From Podarcis vaucheri (taxonomy: Eukaryota): a stretch of DNA of 64,000 nucleotides. This document shows, piece after piece, positions 33,301-60,891 of the stretch (positions are counted from its first letter, which is position 1; every line of letters begins with the position of its first letter). Both the position numbers and the translations under genes were made by a program. The stretch lies in assembly GCA_965113315.1 (NCBI GenBank), contig OZ220370.1, one strand, 5' to 3'. The notes below the pieces were generated by a model. It did not search any database. It was given only the letters and a program-made list of their open reading frames with translations, and had not been told where the DNA came from.

Positions 33301-36300
33301 AGAGTTCAGGCTCAAACAGTTGTCAAAAGTCATTAACATCTACTTGCTACAATATCCTGTCACACATGCAGCATATATTCCATTAAACTTTAAATGAGTA
33401 ACATATTTGTGAAGGCTAATAAAAGACTGAAAAATATATATATCCGTGTGCAAGCCAACCAGCAGTGCTCCTAAAATGCATGTGATTCAAGCACTCTTTA
33501 ATATGTTTGGCCTGAAGTTCAAATTATATGAGAAATATAATACTAGCCAAGGATGTGTGATCAAAACTTATTAGAGCACCAGTGGTCTCGCATGTACACC
33601 ATAGCCAAAATCCAACACCAAGTTAGTAATGCTTAAGCACCATTGATTTCAGTGGGATTTGTGTGCATAACTGTGCTCAGTTACAGTCCAAGGATATTCC
33701 ATATGGTCGCACACACCCGCTTATGTAATTCTTCACACCTAATTGATTAAGCAAAGAAAGTATCAACTATGCTAATAATTCTATCATTTCCTTTAGCTTT
33801 CTTCTAATTGTGTGAAATGATTGCTGAACCATTACATTTTGTTTTCCCCCTGTGAATATCTGGATTTGGAAAAACTCAGAAACCTATGGCATGTCACAAG
33901 CTATTCTTGTTTTTAGGCTTTAGCGCCATTAGGGATTGGTGTTGCAACAGGAGAACAAGTAAGTTTCCTTATAAATGTCTTATTTATATTAGTTGTCTTG
34001 GAAGCCATTCCATTGAACTTTCCTGAAATGTGTGATTGCGTAAAATCTTCCCATCGCATTTCCTTGAACTGAAATATTTGTTTATGAGAAAGTGCCAAAT
34101 AAAGTGTGCCTATCAGCTAGGGATCCTTAGTTAATTTACAGAGCAATCCAATAGATGTCTAATTGGAAGTAAGCCCCCTGGAATTCAATGGGACTTTCTC
34201 CCAGGGAAGAACATACTGCAACCTTAAGGAAATTCACAGAAGGAAAGTTTCCTATCCCCTTCATTCTCCTACAAAAAGTATCTCTGGAGGGCTAGGATGG
34301 TGGTGGTGCCAGAACTATGTGGAATGGATCTGTGGGGAGGAAACTCTATTTAAAAAATATTATGCTAACTTATTTTAGGAGCCATGACAATTGTGATAAA
34401 ATGTTACAGTCAAAGCTTTGCTTGGAAATTATTTTCTTTTACTACTTAAAATTTAAACAACTTATGGAAGTATATTTACTGAATTGTCATTTAAAGGGGG
34501 AAAATGGAACAAATCAAAATTGTCAAGAAACCAGTTTTAGCAAACCCAAAGTGCTAGGTATTTTATATTTAAATATGCATGCATGCTTCTTTGGGGCAGT
34601 CACCTGAGATATGTTAATTACTACTGTATTTGTTTGTTTTGTGAGTGTGCATTGTTAAAATTAACACCCTGTTCCATTCCTCGTATAATTTAAAGCCTTC
34701 ATATGGAACAGGGCAGGCAGAATCTTTTCAGTTTTGTCTCTTAGGCTGTTTTTTTAGGATGCAGAAGTTCAATATGCATTGCTTTGAACGGCAACCACAG
34801 CATAGGCTCTATAATAAAATGCTGTAGTTTCTATGGATTTTAAGCTAACCTTCAAATATTTTGATCTTATTTGAGCTAAGCAATTCCCCCCCCCCCCCAT
34901 CATTTGCAGTGCCATAACAGAGTGATATTTAAGCAGCTCCTGCAGGCTCAGGCCTTGAGTTACGTCCAGGTGGATAGTTGCAGGTTGGGCAGTGTCAATG
35001 AAAACTTGTCTGTGCTGCTGATGGCCAAGAAATTTCAAGGTAAGGCTCTTGAAAATTCTGCTGTAGAAGTACTAGGTGTGTTTTCTGGTCATTTCTGCTG
35101 CTGGCATAGCATTTGATTTTGTGTATGTTAGCATGATTTTTATGTGATTCTTTATAGCAGAAGTAGGTAGCATTAGTGAAGTTTGGCTTTTTCCAGGAAT
35201 CATCTATGATAAATATATTTTTAAAAAGCCAAAGGAATGAATTAAGCACCACAAAGCACATTTTAGGCTAGAGGGATGACAAGTTGTGTTGTCTTGTCAG
35301 CAGTGCTAATGCAGCTTGTATCCTTTGTTTTCAGTCCCTGTGTGTCCTCATGCTGGAGGGGTTGGGCTCTGTGAGCTGGTACAGCACTTGATAATATTTG
35401 ACTACATTTCAATATCTGGTAGCCTTGAGAACAGGTTAGTAGTAGTATTTATCTGATTCTTCCCTATTGGAACAGTCTCTAAGAGTCTTGGCTTCTGACT
35501 CACTCTTGGACCCGATGCTTAGGTTCTGGTGTTTGATCAATCATACATATGATCTTTTTTTTGATAAAGAAATTCAGGACAAAGCTTTACCCTCCTTTGC
35601 CACAACCGTAGCCCTGGTTTTCATTTTTATCCCTACCTTTAACCCTTGTTGTTAATCCCAGCTGCAGTCTGAAGTCTTTCTAAAACTTTGTTTACTTAGC
35701 AAACCTGAGCAACCATCATACTCCCATGTATTTCTCAACAGTTACGGGACCGATTACCGTATTTCCCCCCCTATAGGACGCACTTTCCCCCTCCAAAAAT
35801 GAAGGGGAAATGTGTGTGTGCATCCTATGGGGTGAATGCAGGCTTCAGGAAGCTATCTGCAAGCCTGGGGAGCCCGCGGGAGTTCCCGCATGGCTCCCTA
35901 GGCTTGCAGATAGCAGCCTGCTGCCCAAAGCCCGGGGCGCGCTGAAGCAGTCCTGCGCCTGGGGGGAAATAATTTTTTTTTCTTTATCCCCCCCCCAAAA
36001 AAAACCTAGGTGCGCCCTATGGGCCGGTGCGCCCTATGGGGCAAAAAATACGGTACCTGTAGTGTTTCATTTCCCCACCCCAATGTTCTATTTAAAAAAT
36101 ATTACAATATTACAATTAACTTAATATGCTGTCAGGGCTATCAATATACTATTACTGGAATGAACAGTGAAATCACCACTCAGCTAATTGGTGGGGTGTA
36201 CATTCTATCTTCAGCAACTTCTCAAAGTAACAGCCTTTTACCAATATCATACATTCTCTTTGTGTGTGGTTATACTACTTGAAGTGTTTTGTAATATTTG

Positions 36301-37528
36301 TTTTGTATTTCCCCCTATACATTTCTGTATGTAACTAAAATGTACAGCACAGTAATGATGGAGCTCAGAAGTAATCCCCCCCCCCATGCTATTCATTTCT
36401 GCTCCAAGCTGGCTTTATTTTTATGCAGCAGTTAACATTCTCACAGTGAAAAGCTACAACACTCAATTTCTTATTTATAATATTTTTGGAGGGGGGGAAA
36501 CTTACTGGGTTACAATGATCTCATTCCATCATTAGGAGCTCAGTATTTCACTTTACATATTTCCTGGTAGCCCAACAGATTTAAGTTAACGTTATACTCA
36601 AATAGCTTTTGTGTCAGAATGTAATACTTTTTGTTAAACTGGAGTCATTTTGAAATAACTTTATTTTTTTGGTAGGACTTTAAAGGGGTCTAGTGAACCA
36701 ATGTTTTCCTTTCAGGATGTGTGAATATGTTGACCATCTACATGAACACTTCAAGTACCCTGTAGTAATCAAGAATGCATCCTATATGCCACCACAGGTA
36801 TTTGTACCCCCAGATTATTTTCAGTGCTCCCAGAATGCAAGTCTTTCTTCAAACCTTTAATGGAAGCAAGAGGGAAATCCACATGTATCCTATCCACAGC
36901 ATGTGCAAGTTGTCATTGTTTTAAAACAGCCCACAGGCTAGATTTGGTTGCCATGTCATGGTAATATCAGGTGATTGACAGGTAGAAGACCCCATACACC
37001 TGCAGGGAGTGGGCATGTTTAGGTTCTGCTAACAGGATCCTGTTCCCCACCCATAAAGGATACTCAGGACAGCTTCTGAAGTTTGGATTAGGGCTCTTGC
37101 TGAAGCAGCGTTCAAGAAGATTTTGCCACAAAATATATGGCTGCTTTGTATTTACAATTTTTAGTATTGAAATTAAGGGTCCTTGAGTAAGCTTCCAGAT
37201 GATGTTAGCATTAATTTTTGTTCACTATAACCTAGTGAACACTATGAGCAATTAATAGAAAACTTGCAGTGTAAGCGTGTCTATTCTACTATGATATAGC
37301 TCCATTACAGCTTTAGTCATGCTTCCTGTTTCCTAAGTGCTGCAAGAACTGCCATATAAAAACAGTTTAGCCAAAGGTACAAGATGGTTTAATCAGCCTA
37401 AGACCTGGTGAAGAGGAATGTTTTAAATAGAAAAAAACAATCTATGACCTTATAAATCTGTCTGTTGTTGTACTACATTATTTGTGTTTTTATCCTATAA
37501 ACTGTCCTGTGATCTTTATATGAAAGGG

Positions 37529-37568
<40 letters not shown>

Positions 37569-37691
37569 TTGTTCTTTCAGGTAGCTGGATATTCCACTGA
37601 AATGAAAGAAGATTCTGTAAGGAAATACCAGTTTGAACAAGGAGAAGTCTGGCAGAAACTCCTCTGTGAACATAAAATACAGCTAAAATAA
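17258..37691 (+). CDS. ENOSF1: Mitochondrial enolase superfamily member 1 (L-fuconate dehydratase / rTS), 446 aa
   Basis: 16 GT-AG exons: 17258-17341, 18356-18464, 21509-21624, 23131-23217, 25214-25240, 26494-26566, 27655-27693, 28486-28568, 29806-29840, 31902-31989, 33016-33150, 33917-33958, 34910-35039, 35335-35434, 36716-36797, 37581-37691 (1341 nt in total). Motifs [23 protein letters not shown] (KxK), DANQ, WIEEPT, ATGEQ and PHAGG cover the metal ligands and catalytic His of the mandelate-racemase subgroup. Confidence 0.96.
20330..20940 (-). mobile_element. L1/Tx1-clade LINE ORF2 C-terminal fragment
   Basis: ORF 20396-20740 carries CWKC-x8-HLWWEC (zinc knuckle) and [11 protein letters not shown], typical of L1 ORF2 ends; degenerate (poly-A expansion, stop). 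Confidence 0.8.
21713..22163. mobile_element. pogo/Tigger-like MITE (CCGTATT-type TIR)
   Basis: TA|CCGTATTGGCCCAAATATAAGC ... GCTTATATTTGGGCCAATGCAG|TA. Confidence 0.75.
23641..24116 (-). mobile_element. tRNA-Ile-headed SINE with CR1-type tail, split by a hAT MITE
   Basis: Minus strand reads AGCTCCATTGGTTAGAGCATGGTGCTGATAATGCCAAGGTTGCAGGTTCAATCCC (tRNA-Ile-like); the tail ends ...ATTCTATGATTCTAG at 23641. Confidence 0.75.
23692..24009. mobile_element. hAT (Charlie-like) MITE
   Basis: CAGGGG...CCCCTG termini with an 8-bp TSD ATCTGGTT/ATCTAGTT; same family at 52645-53055. Confidence 0.85.
26702..27135. mobile_element. Tigger-like MITE/fragment
   Basis: TA|CAGTGGTTCCTTGGTTCTCAAAC left end with a decayed right TIR GTTTGGGTACCAAGG. 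Confidence 0.6.
27195..27359 (+). mobile_element. L2-clade LINE 3' end with (AAT)n tail
   Basis: Same 3' end as 3205-3391. Confidence 0.7.
27986..28291. mobile_element. Tigger-like MITE (uninterrupted copy of the family at 39164-41379)
   Basis: CAGTGGTGCC...GGCACCACTG|TA termini; internal CGCAAGACG and AGCCGCTA repeats. Confidence 0.8.
30021..30463 (-). mobile_element. Solo LTR (Gypsy-like)
   Basis: TGTCAGGA...TTCTAACA termini, 5-bp TSD GACAC/GGCAC, AATAAA on - at ~30241-30246. Confidence 0.7.
32115..32251. mobile_element. hAT MITE (URR1-like palindromic core)
   Basis: CAGGCTTCCTC...GAGGAAGCCTG TIRs with a CTACAATTCCCATCATCCCT...GGGAGTTGTAG core; decayed relatives at ~16000-16110, 27836-27950 and 29464-29603. 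Confidence 0.75.
32378..32591. mobile_element. Tigger-like MITE
   Basis: TA|CAGTGGTACCTCGGGTT ... AACCCGAGGTTTCACTG|TA. Confidence 0.8.
35757..36053. mobile_element. pogo/Tigger-like MITE with internal palindrome
   Basis: TA|CCGTATTT ... AAATACGG|TA; palindrome at 35852-35914. Confidence 0.8.
37470..37568 (+). repeat. LINE(L2-like) 3' remnant ending in (AAT)13
   Basis: AAACTGTCCTGTGATCTT...TGAAAGGG followed by AAT x13 (37530-37568). Confidence 0.6.
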
Positions 37692-38017
37692 GCTTAAACA
37701 TTGAAAATTTTCAGGGTGAGGTTTAAACTCCCCAGAGCTATATTTACCACAACAAATGCTTGGTTTTGCTGAAGCTACAAGATGATTTCGGATTCAAATT
37801 AATGCTTTTAGAAAGCTTTCCTCCACTTACATAACAAGAATAGATTGCAGTCCCAACTATAGAACTCCCGATCACTTTAAGAAAAAATAAGAGCCTTTTT
37901 AATAGTTAAGCTGAAAGGGTACATGATTCGTTTTTCCTGACACTGTTCCAGGAACTACAGGATTATATAATGCAAGATTGCACTTTGAATGTGCATCTGC
38001 TGAGTTTAGAAGTTTCA

Positions 38018-38248
38018 AATAAAGAAACTATGACTAGATGCTGTGTTTTGTTCTGTCATATATACTAAGGATGTTTTCAGGCATGTCAGAGGTGAGGGAA
38101 GTGGTGTATAGGGTATATCATACATATAAAATTACTCATAAAGGAGGAAGAGGCTGCTGCTTTCACCTTCTGCCATAACTACAATGGAAGGAGACACTGG
38201 AAGTTATCACTACAATTTGCTAGGAACTACAGAAGTCTTCCCAATAAA
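38018..38248 (+). terminator. Candidate ENOSF1 polyadenylation signals
   Basis: AATAAA at 38018-38023 (followed by a GT-rich tract) and at 38243-38248. Confidence 0.5.
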
Positions 38249-38295
38249 ATATCATTTCTATTTGATAGCCTAGAATGTGGGGGAAGGGCTTGGCA

Positions 38296-38337
<42 letters not shown>

Positions 38338-38490
38338 ATTGCCAACTACTTATCTAGTTGTTCCATATTTTACACAGCACCCCCTTCCCTTTTACTACCT
38401 AGTCAGGTAAACTTGAAACCTATGTAAATTATGGTAATAGAATACAGGTGATGCACATAACACATATGTACTAAAGAAATATATGTATAT

Positions 38491-38496
38491 TTTATT
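38491..38496 (-). terminator. Candidate TYMS polyadenylation signal
   Basis: TTTATT on + (AATAAA on -), ~270 nt downstream of the TYMS stop. Confidence 0.5.
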
Positions 38497-38765
38497 GCAT
38501 AGTTCAGAAATTGTAGAAAGTGCTTTTCTATTATACAACCTAGAAAGTTAACCTCTCACAGCAAGTGAAGCTGAAAAAAGTATCCTCTGGGGGGGAAAGT
38601 ATTTCATTGGATACAGTGCATACTTCAAACACCATAAGAAAACCATGATAATTTATCATGAAATATCTTTAGTATTTTCTAATATTTAGAAAGTCAAAAT
38701 ATGGTTCTTCTAAGGGCACTACTGCAAATTCGACCTTAAGGCAAGTAAACACTGCTACAAGTCAC

Positions 38766-47414
<8,649 letters not shown>

Positions 47415-49014
47415 AGCGAGGAGGCGGCAAGGAAGCGGGCGGGAAAACCCAGCGCGACGACGAGAGCCTCCCGCTTCTGAAGAGGCGCAACTTCGGAATT
47501 GGCGCGCTCACCCACCCATTTCCCCTCCGAGCCAATAAGAGAGATGTGGAGGCGGGCACCGCTGCAGATCCCGCTTTGCTATTGGCTGTCACGTTTCCTA
47601 TATCCTCCGCGGCTCTCGTTGAAGGAAGATGCGTTACCCTCTCGCCGCCCGCGCAGAGGGTCGGTCTTCTGAGAGGGGACAACTATTAAAGTTGCAGTAC
47701 CCTTTTGGGAGGGGGCGGGGGTTACCCTACAACGAGCATGCTCAGTCCTCATTAGGCTGGATTTTGGGGTCCTCTCCTTTGGAGCGCTGTGAGGGGTCTC
47801 TTAATAATTTAACAATTTTAGTAAACTGCAATTTTAGGGATTATTTGATGGAAGCCATGACTGTTAAAGTGGTATAAGTACGGTTTAAATGTGTAGTGTG
47901 GATATAACTGGTTTTTCTCTTCCACGCTTTATAAATTCAAGCTTATATGAACGATGGGGATACTTAATCGGTTTTTGAAATCGGGAATATCCTGATATCA
48001 GGGAATATACCTTTAGATTACATTGGATAACAGTATGGAGCATAGCTGGTTTCTTAAAACGCAAGTGCAAAATTGACTGCACCTGCATTCTTATAATGTA
48101 TAAGCGGTCAGGTAAGATGCATTGCTGAGTAAAACTCAAAATCTTGTTCTAGCAATGTCCAACTATTTGAATACCACAAAGAATACAATATTAATTTCCC
48201 ATAAAGTCACTTCCTCATCATTTAATAGGAAATTGCCTGGATTTGGCCATAAAAACAAAATATAGAAAAAGGATCATTGCTGGTCTATAAGAAAATTTCC
48301 AAAATCCCTCTTAGAACAATACGTTTATTAGACCAGCCTAATAAAGAGTTCCGGAGAAGTCAAAAGCTGCACAGTTAATTTGTGGCGTTTTGATTGTTCT
48401 CATAAAATATAACTTGGTCCCACAATGAGTGAATTGATTCTAGTTATAAAATTATTCAAACTACAAATAAGAGGTTGGTGCATTTTTTGTTTATTTGGGA
48501 AGTAATATAAAGAATAAGTATATTTTTAAAATGAATGAAAAACATGAAAATTCATACACTATTGAAGATGGCTTTGTATGCGCACTTCAGGTTTGCTCTC
48601 TGTGATTTCACCCTCTACACAGTGAACCCTGTCAAGTAGAGAAGGACACAGCCTATTCTTTCATTGCCATTACAATGTAAAGACTTGATACCATGCTTTG
48701 GATACGTGCCACTATGGTATGGTGTGAGGAGCAAATAGAGCAGGTTCCTTAACCAGAGCACGCATGCAAAACTGATCTAAATCATTAATAAGTGGAACTA
48801 CATATTAAGGACTTTAGTATACTTTGAAAATACCTCTTCCAACGTCTACATTACTGGAAAGAATACAACTGAAATCTATGCATGTATTTCTTACCCCCTC
48901 TCTTGGAAACATAATCCAAATACTAAGGAGAAACATTTTCAGTATTCACCAGCTATATCTCTTTAGATTTGGTCTCAACAACTGAATGCAGAGAGAAATC
49001 GTAAGAGTTACATT

Positions 49015-49147
49015 CATACTGATATTCAACACATTTATTAAACATTTTATCATCTGCAGGTTTTTTCTGTATGATGACTTTTGGTGTACTTTGCTAAAGG
49101 AGAATATGCTGGATTCAAAGTAGGAATCACTGTTCACTTCTTCCTCT
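49015..49147 (-). other. Probable non-coding terminal exon of CLUL1
   Basis: Pyrimidine tract plus acceptor TTTATCTCCCTAG on - (AG at 49148-49149), and AATAAA on - at 49034-49039. Confidence 0.5.
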
Positions 49148-49653
49148 CTAGGGAGATAAAAAAGAAAAACAAATAGTATTAATTAACTATGAATAAAGTT
49201 TCATAACAAACCTAAAAAAAATCATTAAATGTTTTTAATAACAAACAACAACAGCAACAATAATAATTTATTTATACCCCACCTATCTGGCTCCCAATAG
49301 AATATTAGGCTCCCAATAGAATATTAAAAACACAATAAAACATCAAACATTGAAAACTTCCCAAAGTTGTAAGGATATAATGTATGCCACTGCACCAATG
49401 AATCTCTTCACTCCTCAGCAGCAGTGCAGGACTTTTACATTAGTTAGGAAAACATCAGGCCTTTGGACTTAGAAAATCTAACAACCTTTGGTTTTGTCAC
49501 CATCTTCCTGAGGTTCAGGCTTGAGAATGACCTATTTATTTTTATTTATTATGCCATACCATCCTGTAATGGAGTCTACTCACACAGACAAGATCCACTA
49601 GTCCCATGCTGCTAAACTCATTTTGTCTTCCCTCTCCCTCTCCCTCCCTCCCC

Positions 49654-49687
<34 letters not shown>

Positions 49688-50022
49688 ACCACACAAATAG
49701 AGAATCCATTGTGTGTGTGTATATCCACCGGTAACTAAAAAAACAGTGGGTGGAATATAAAGAGGGGCTGTATTTCAATAAACTCTAGCGTAGAAGCCAT
49801 TCAGATGACCAAACCACCGGTGTGTTCCCTAATGCTGGACTTGCTAAGTCATCTCATCCTGTCAAGTGTTAAGGAAACTTTTGCCACAACAAGTGCACCT
49901 GTGGTAAATGATTTCTTTCAACCACCCATTCTCAGTAACGAAAGCCTGTCTATAAAACAAAATTTACAAATTACAATTTAACCGTTGTTGTTTTTAGTGT
50001 AAAGACAATCAACTTGCCTTGC

Positions 50023-57900
<7,878 letters not shown>

Positions 57901-57981
57901 GTTTTCTGCATTAGGAATGAGTACAATACAATAGGTTAATGAGTTGGTTTTCAGATACATCTCAGACAGCTAGGAAGATTA

Positions 57982-58240
57982 CCGGGTTTTTTGCTCTATA
58001 AGACTCACTTTTTCCCTCCTAAAAAGTAAGGGGAAATGTGTGTGCGTCTTAGGGAGTGAATGCAGGCTGCGCAGCTATCCCAGAAGCCAGAACAGCAAGA
58101 GGGATTGCTGCTTTCACTGCACAGCGATCCCTCTTGCTGTTCTGGCTTCTGGGATTCAGAATATTTTTTTTCTTGTTTTCCTCCTCCAAAACCTAGGTGC
58201 GTCTTGTAGTCTGGTGCATCTTATAGAGCGAAAAATACGG
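57982..58240. mobile_element. pogo/Tigger-like MITE with 34-bp internal hairpin
   Basis: TA-flanked TIRs ...GCTCTATAAGA / TCTTATAGAGCGAAAAATACGG; hairpin at 58077-58155. Confidence 0.8.
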
Positions 58241-60519
58241 TAATTTAGAAATATTGTGCATTTAGTATTTTCTTACTGTGATGATAATATATATTCCCCC
58301 CCCCCAGCATTTTGTAAAAAAAACAACTTCAAAGAATGGCCCAGTTTTAAGACTGCTGCTGCCAGTAGTAAAATGCTTTAGTATGTAACAATATCTTATA
58401 ACAGTGGAAACACACAGTGCAACAACATTGTGGCAATGTTTCAAATGATGCTAAACCTGACATTTTGTATCAAAGTGTCTCCTCTTCTCCCCCCCTCCCA
58501 ATAATATATATTAACTTTTAATGAAAACCTTTTCCATTCTTTCGCTGCTTCAGGAAGTGTAAAAATTAAAACCAAAAGGGTTCCCATTTTGCTAAGCAGA
58601 GATGATTTTGCAAATAATATACATGTTAAAATGGGATTCATTAACTCTCCTGAAAATAACTAGCTTTTCCACGGTCTAAAGCTGTTTTCGGTGTTATTTA
58701 AAATAATGCAGAACACGTAATATGTGTGGGGTATCAGTATCAATGAAAATGTATCCAGTGTAATCAACTTCCTATTGAAGTTAATGACTAAAATACATAT
58801 ATTTTTTCTCCCACCTTCTCCACTATATGCTCTGGAGTCTAATAAAACACCTTTCAGTCCCATTCATTCCAGGTCAGGAAATTTATGCACATGCTTAATT
58901 TTCCCACTGATATCAAGGGTGAATTTAAACTGCTTGACTTTGGCTGGATCATGCCTGCCCAAGTCAGGGTATTTTGTAAATATTTTGTAAAATATTTAAC
59001 TTTTTGCAATATATTATTAATATATACCACACAATTCTTGTTTTACTAAGGAAAAAAAATAAAGTTTTGTATTAGTTTCTTCTCCTTTTCTTTTCAAGTA
59101 ATTGTACCTAGGTTTTTATTTATTTATTTTTTTAGAAGGTGTAGTGATATCAAACGAATAGTAATAAAATCAGTTACAATTCAGACCTACAAATGTAGGT
59201 CATGGATTTTATATTTGTAGGCCCAGCAATAGCAGGTGGCCAGCACATTTTATGGGGGGGGGAAGATGCTGTTTAGTAATAGAACCAACAAGATGTGATA
59301 TTTACCACAAATTCTGATGCGTCTTCTTGCAAACCTCTTTCAAGCTTCAGGGAAGACCAAGGCAGGATGCTGTTCTAATTTCCATGAGTGTCACAGATTT
59401 TGCCATGTACTACTTATCTAATGACAAGGTACTTAATCCTATTAATGGGACATGTTGTGATTAGACTCCAGGATTTTCCTCTCCGGCCTGCCTGTGCTTA
59501 CATCCAAAAATAAACACTAGAGGGAGCATAAGACACAACTGTGGGAAAGTGGATTTACTGTTTTCTTGGGGAGAGCAAGCTAGATGTAATTGTCAGTGGC
59601 TTCCTGCCTCTTAAAGCCAGAGATAAAAGCCAAAATATTGCAACAGCCCTTCTTTTTAGGCCTTTTGAAATGTATAATTCATCTATTTTTAACCTGGCCT
59701 GTTTCTTATAACTCTGGAACAATTTAATGGTGTGCTTTATTTGTTGTTCTGTTTTCGGACAGCCCGACAGTACAAGATTTTTGCCAGGGGGTCTAACAAT
59801 TTACTTTAGATAAACTCAAGGCCTTGTGGGCATACCCAGGGGAATGTCTGCCTTTTCCCCTTTGACCAAGTCTTTGAATTTACACCTTTATTACAAAATT
59901 ATCCCAAATATGTTTTATCAGCCTGTTCATTTCCATGGGAGCTTACTTGCTTATTTTATCTTTATTAAAAATATTTATTTTTAATTTAAAATAAATCAAA
60001 AACACACTTGCTTAGGCTACATTCACCTCATACATTTTAAGTACATAACTTCCCCCAAACAGTACCCCTCACAGAGCTACAATCCCCAGCATCCTTAACA
60101 AACTACAGTTCCCAGGATTCTTTGGAGGAAGCCATGTTCTTTAAATGTACGAGGTGGATGCAACTTATGAGTGATTATAAGGGCCAGCTTCAAGCAACAC
60201 CAAAATGAGGCAAGCCAGCAATGCAGGTGGGTGGGCCTCAATAACAGTCTCAAGGACCTGTCTACCCACTGAGCAAGCCAGATTAATGACTCAAACCAGG
60301 TCTTGATTGGAGTACAATATAGAAAACACGGGGATGCAGCTGTCTGTAAATGATGACATCTGAATTCCTCATAATAACTGAGTGAAAGAGGGCCAAACTA
60401 CATGCAATGTTGATCAAGTTTTTTGCCCTTAACCTGGTTTCCCCCCAAGAAATGGTGTGGGGGGGCAGGGGAGACTCTGGTCAGTGTTTTGGAGTGGGTG
60501 TTGGGGAGCTTTAAATCTT

Positions 60520-60891
60520 TAATAGTTAAAGGACCCCTGACAGTTAAGTCCAGTCGCGAACGACTCTGGGGTTGCGGTGCTCATCTCGCTTTAAAGGCTG
60601 AGGGAGCCGGCGTTTGTCCGCTCCGCAGACATTTTTCTCTGGGTCATGTGGCCAGCATGACTAAGCTGCTTCTGGCACAACGGAACACCGAAACCAGAGC
60701 AGCACACGGAAACGCCATTTATCTTCCTGCCGGAGTGGTACCTATTTATCTACTTGCACTTTGGCATGCTAGGTTGGCAGGAGCTGGGACCGAGCAACAG
60801 GAGCTCACCCCGTTGCGGGGATTCGACCCGCCAACCTCCTGATCCGCAAGCCCGAGAGGCTCAATGGTTTAGACCACAGCGCCACCTGCAT
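60520..60891 (-). mobile_element. Sauria SINE (Squam1)
   Basis: Characteristic GTCATGTGGCCAGCATGAC palindrome, GGTACCTATTTATCTACTTGCA core and tRNA-like head; 11-bp TSD CTTTAAATCTT at 60509-60519 and 60892-60902. Confidence 0.85.

Noticed and set aside
37473-37701. Poly-Ile / poly-Tyr ORFs antisense to the last ENOSF1 exon
   Set aside because: Produced by the (AAT)n microsatellite.
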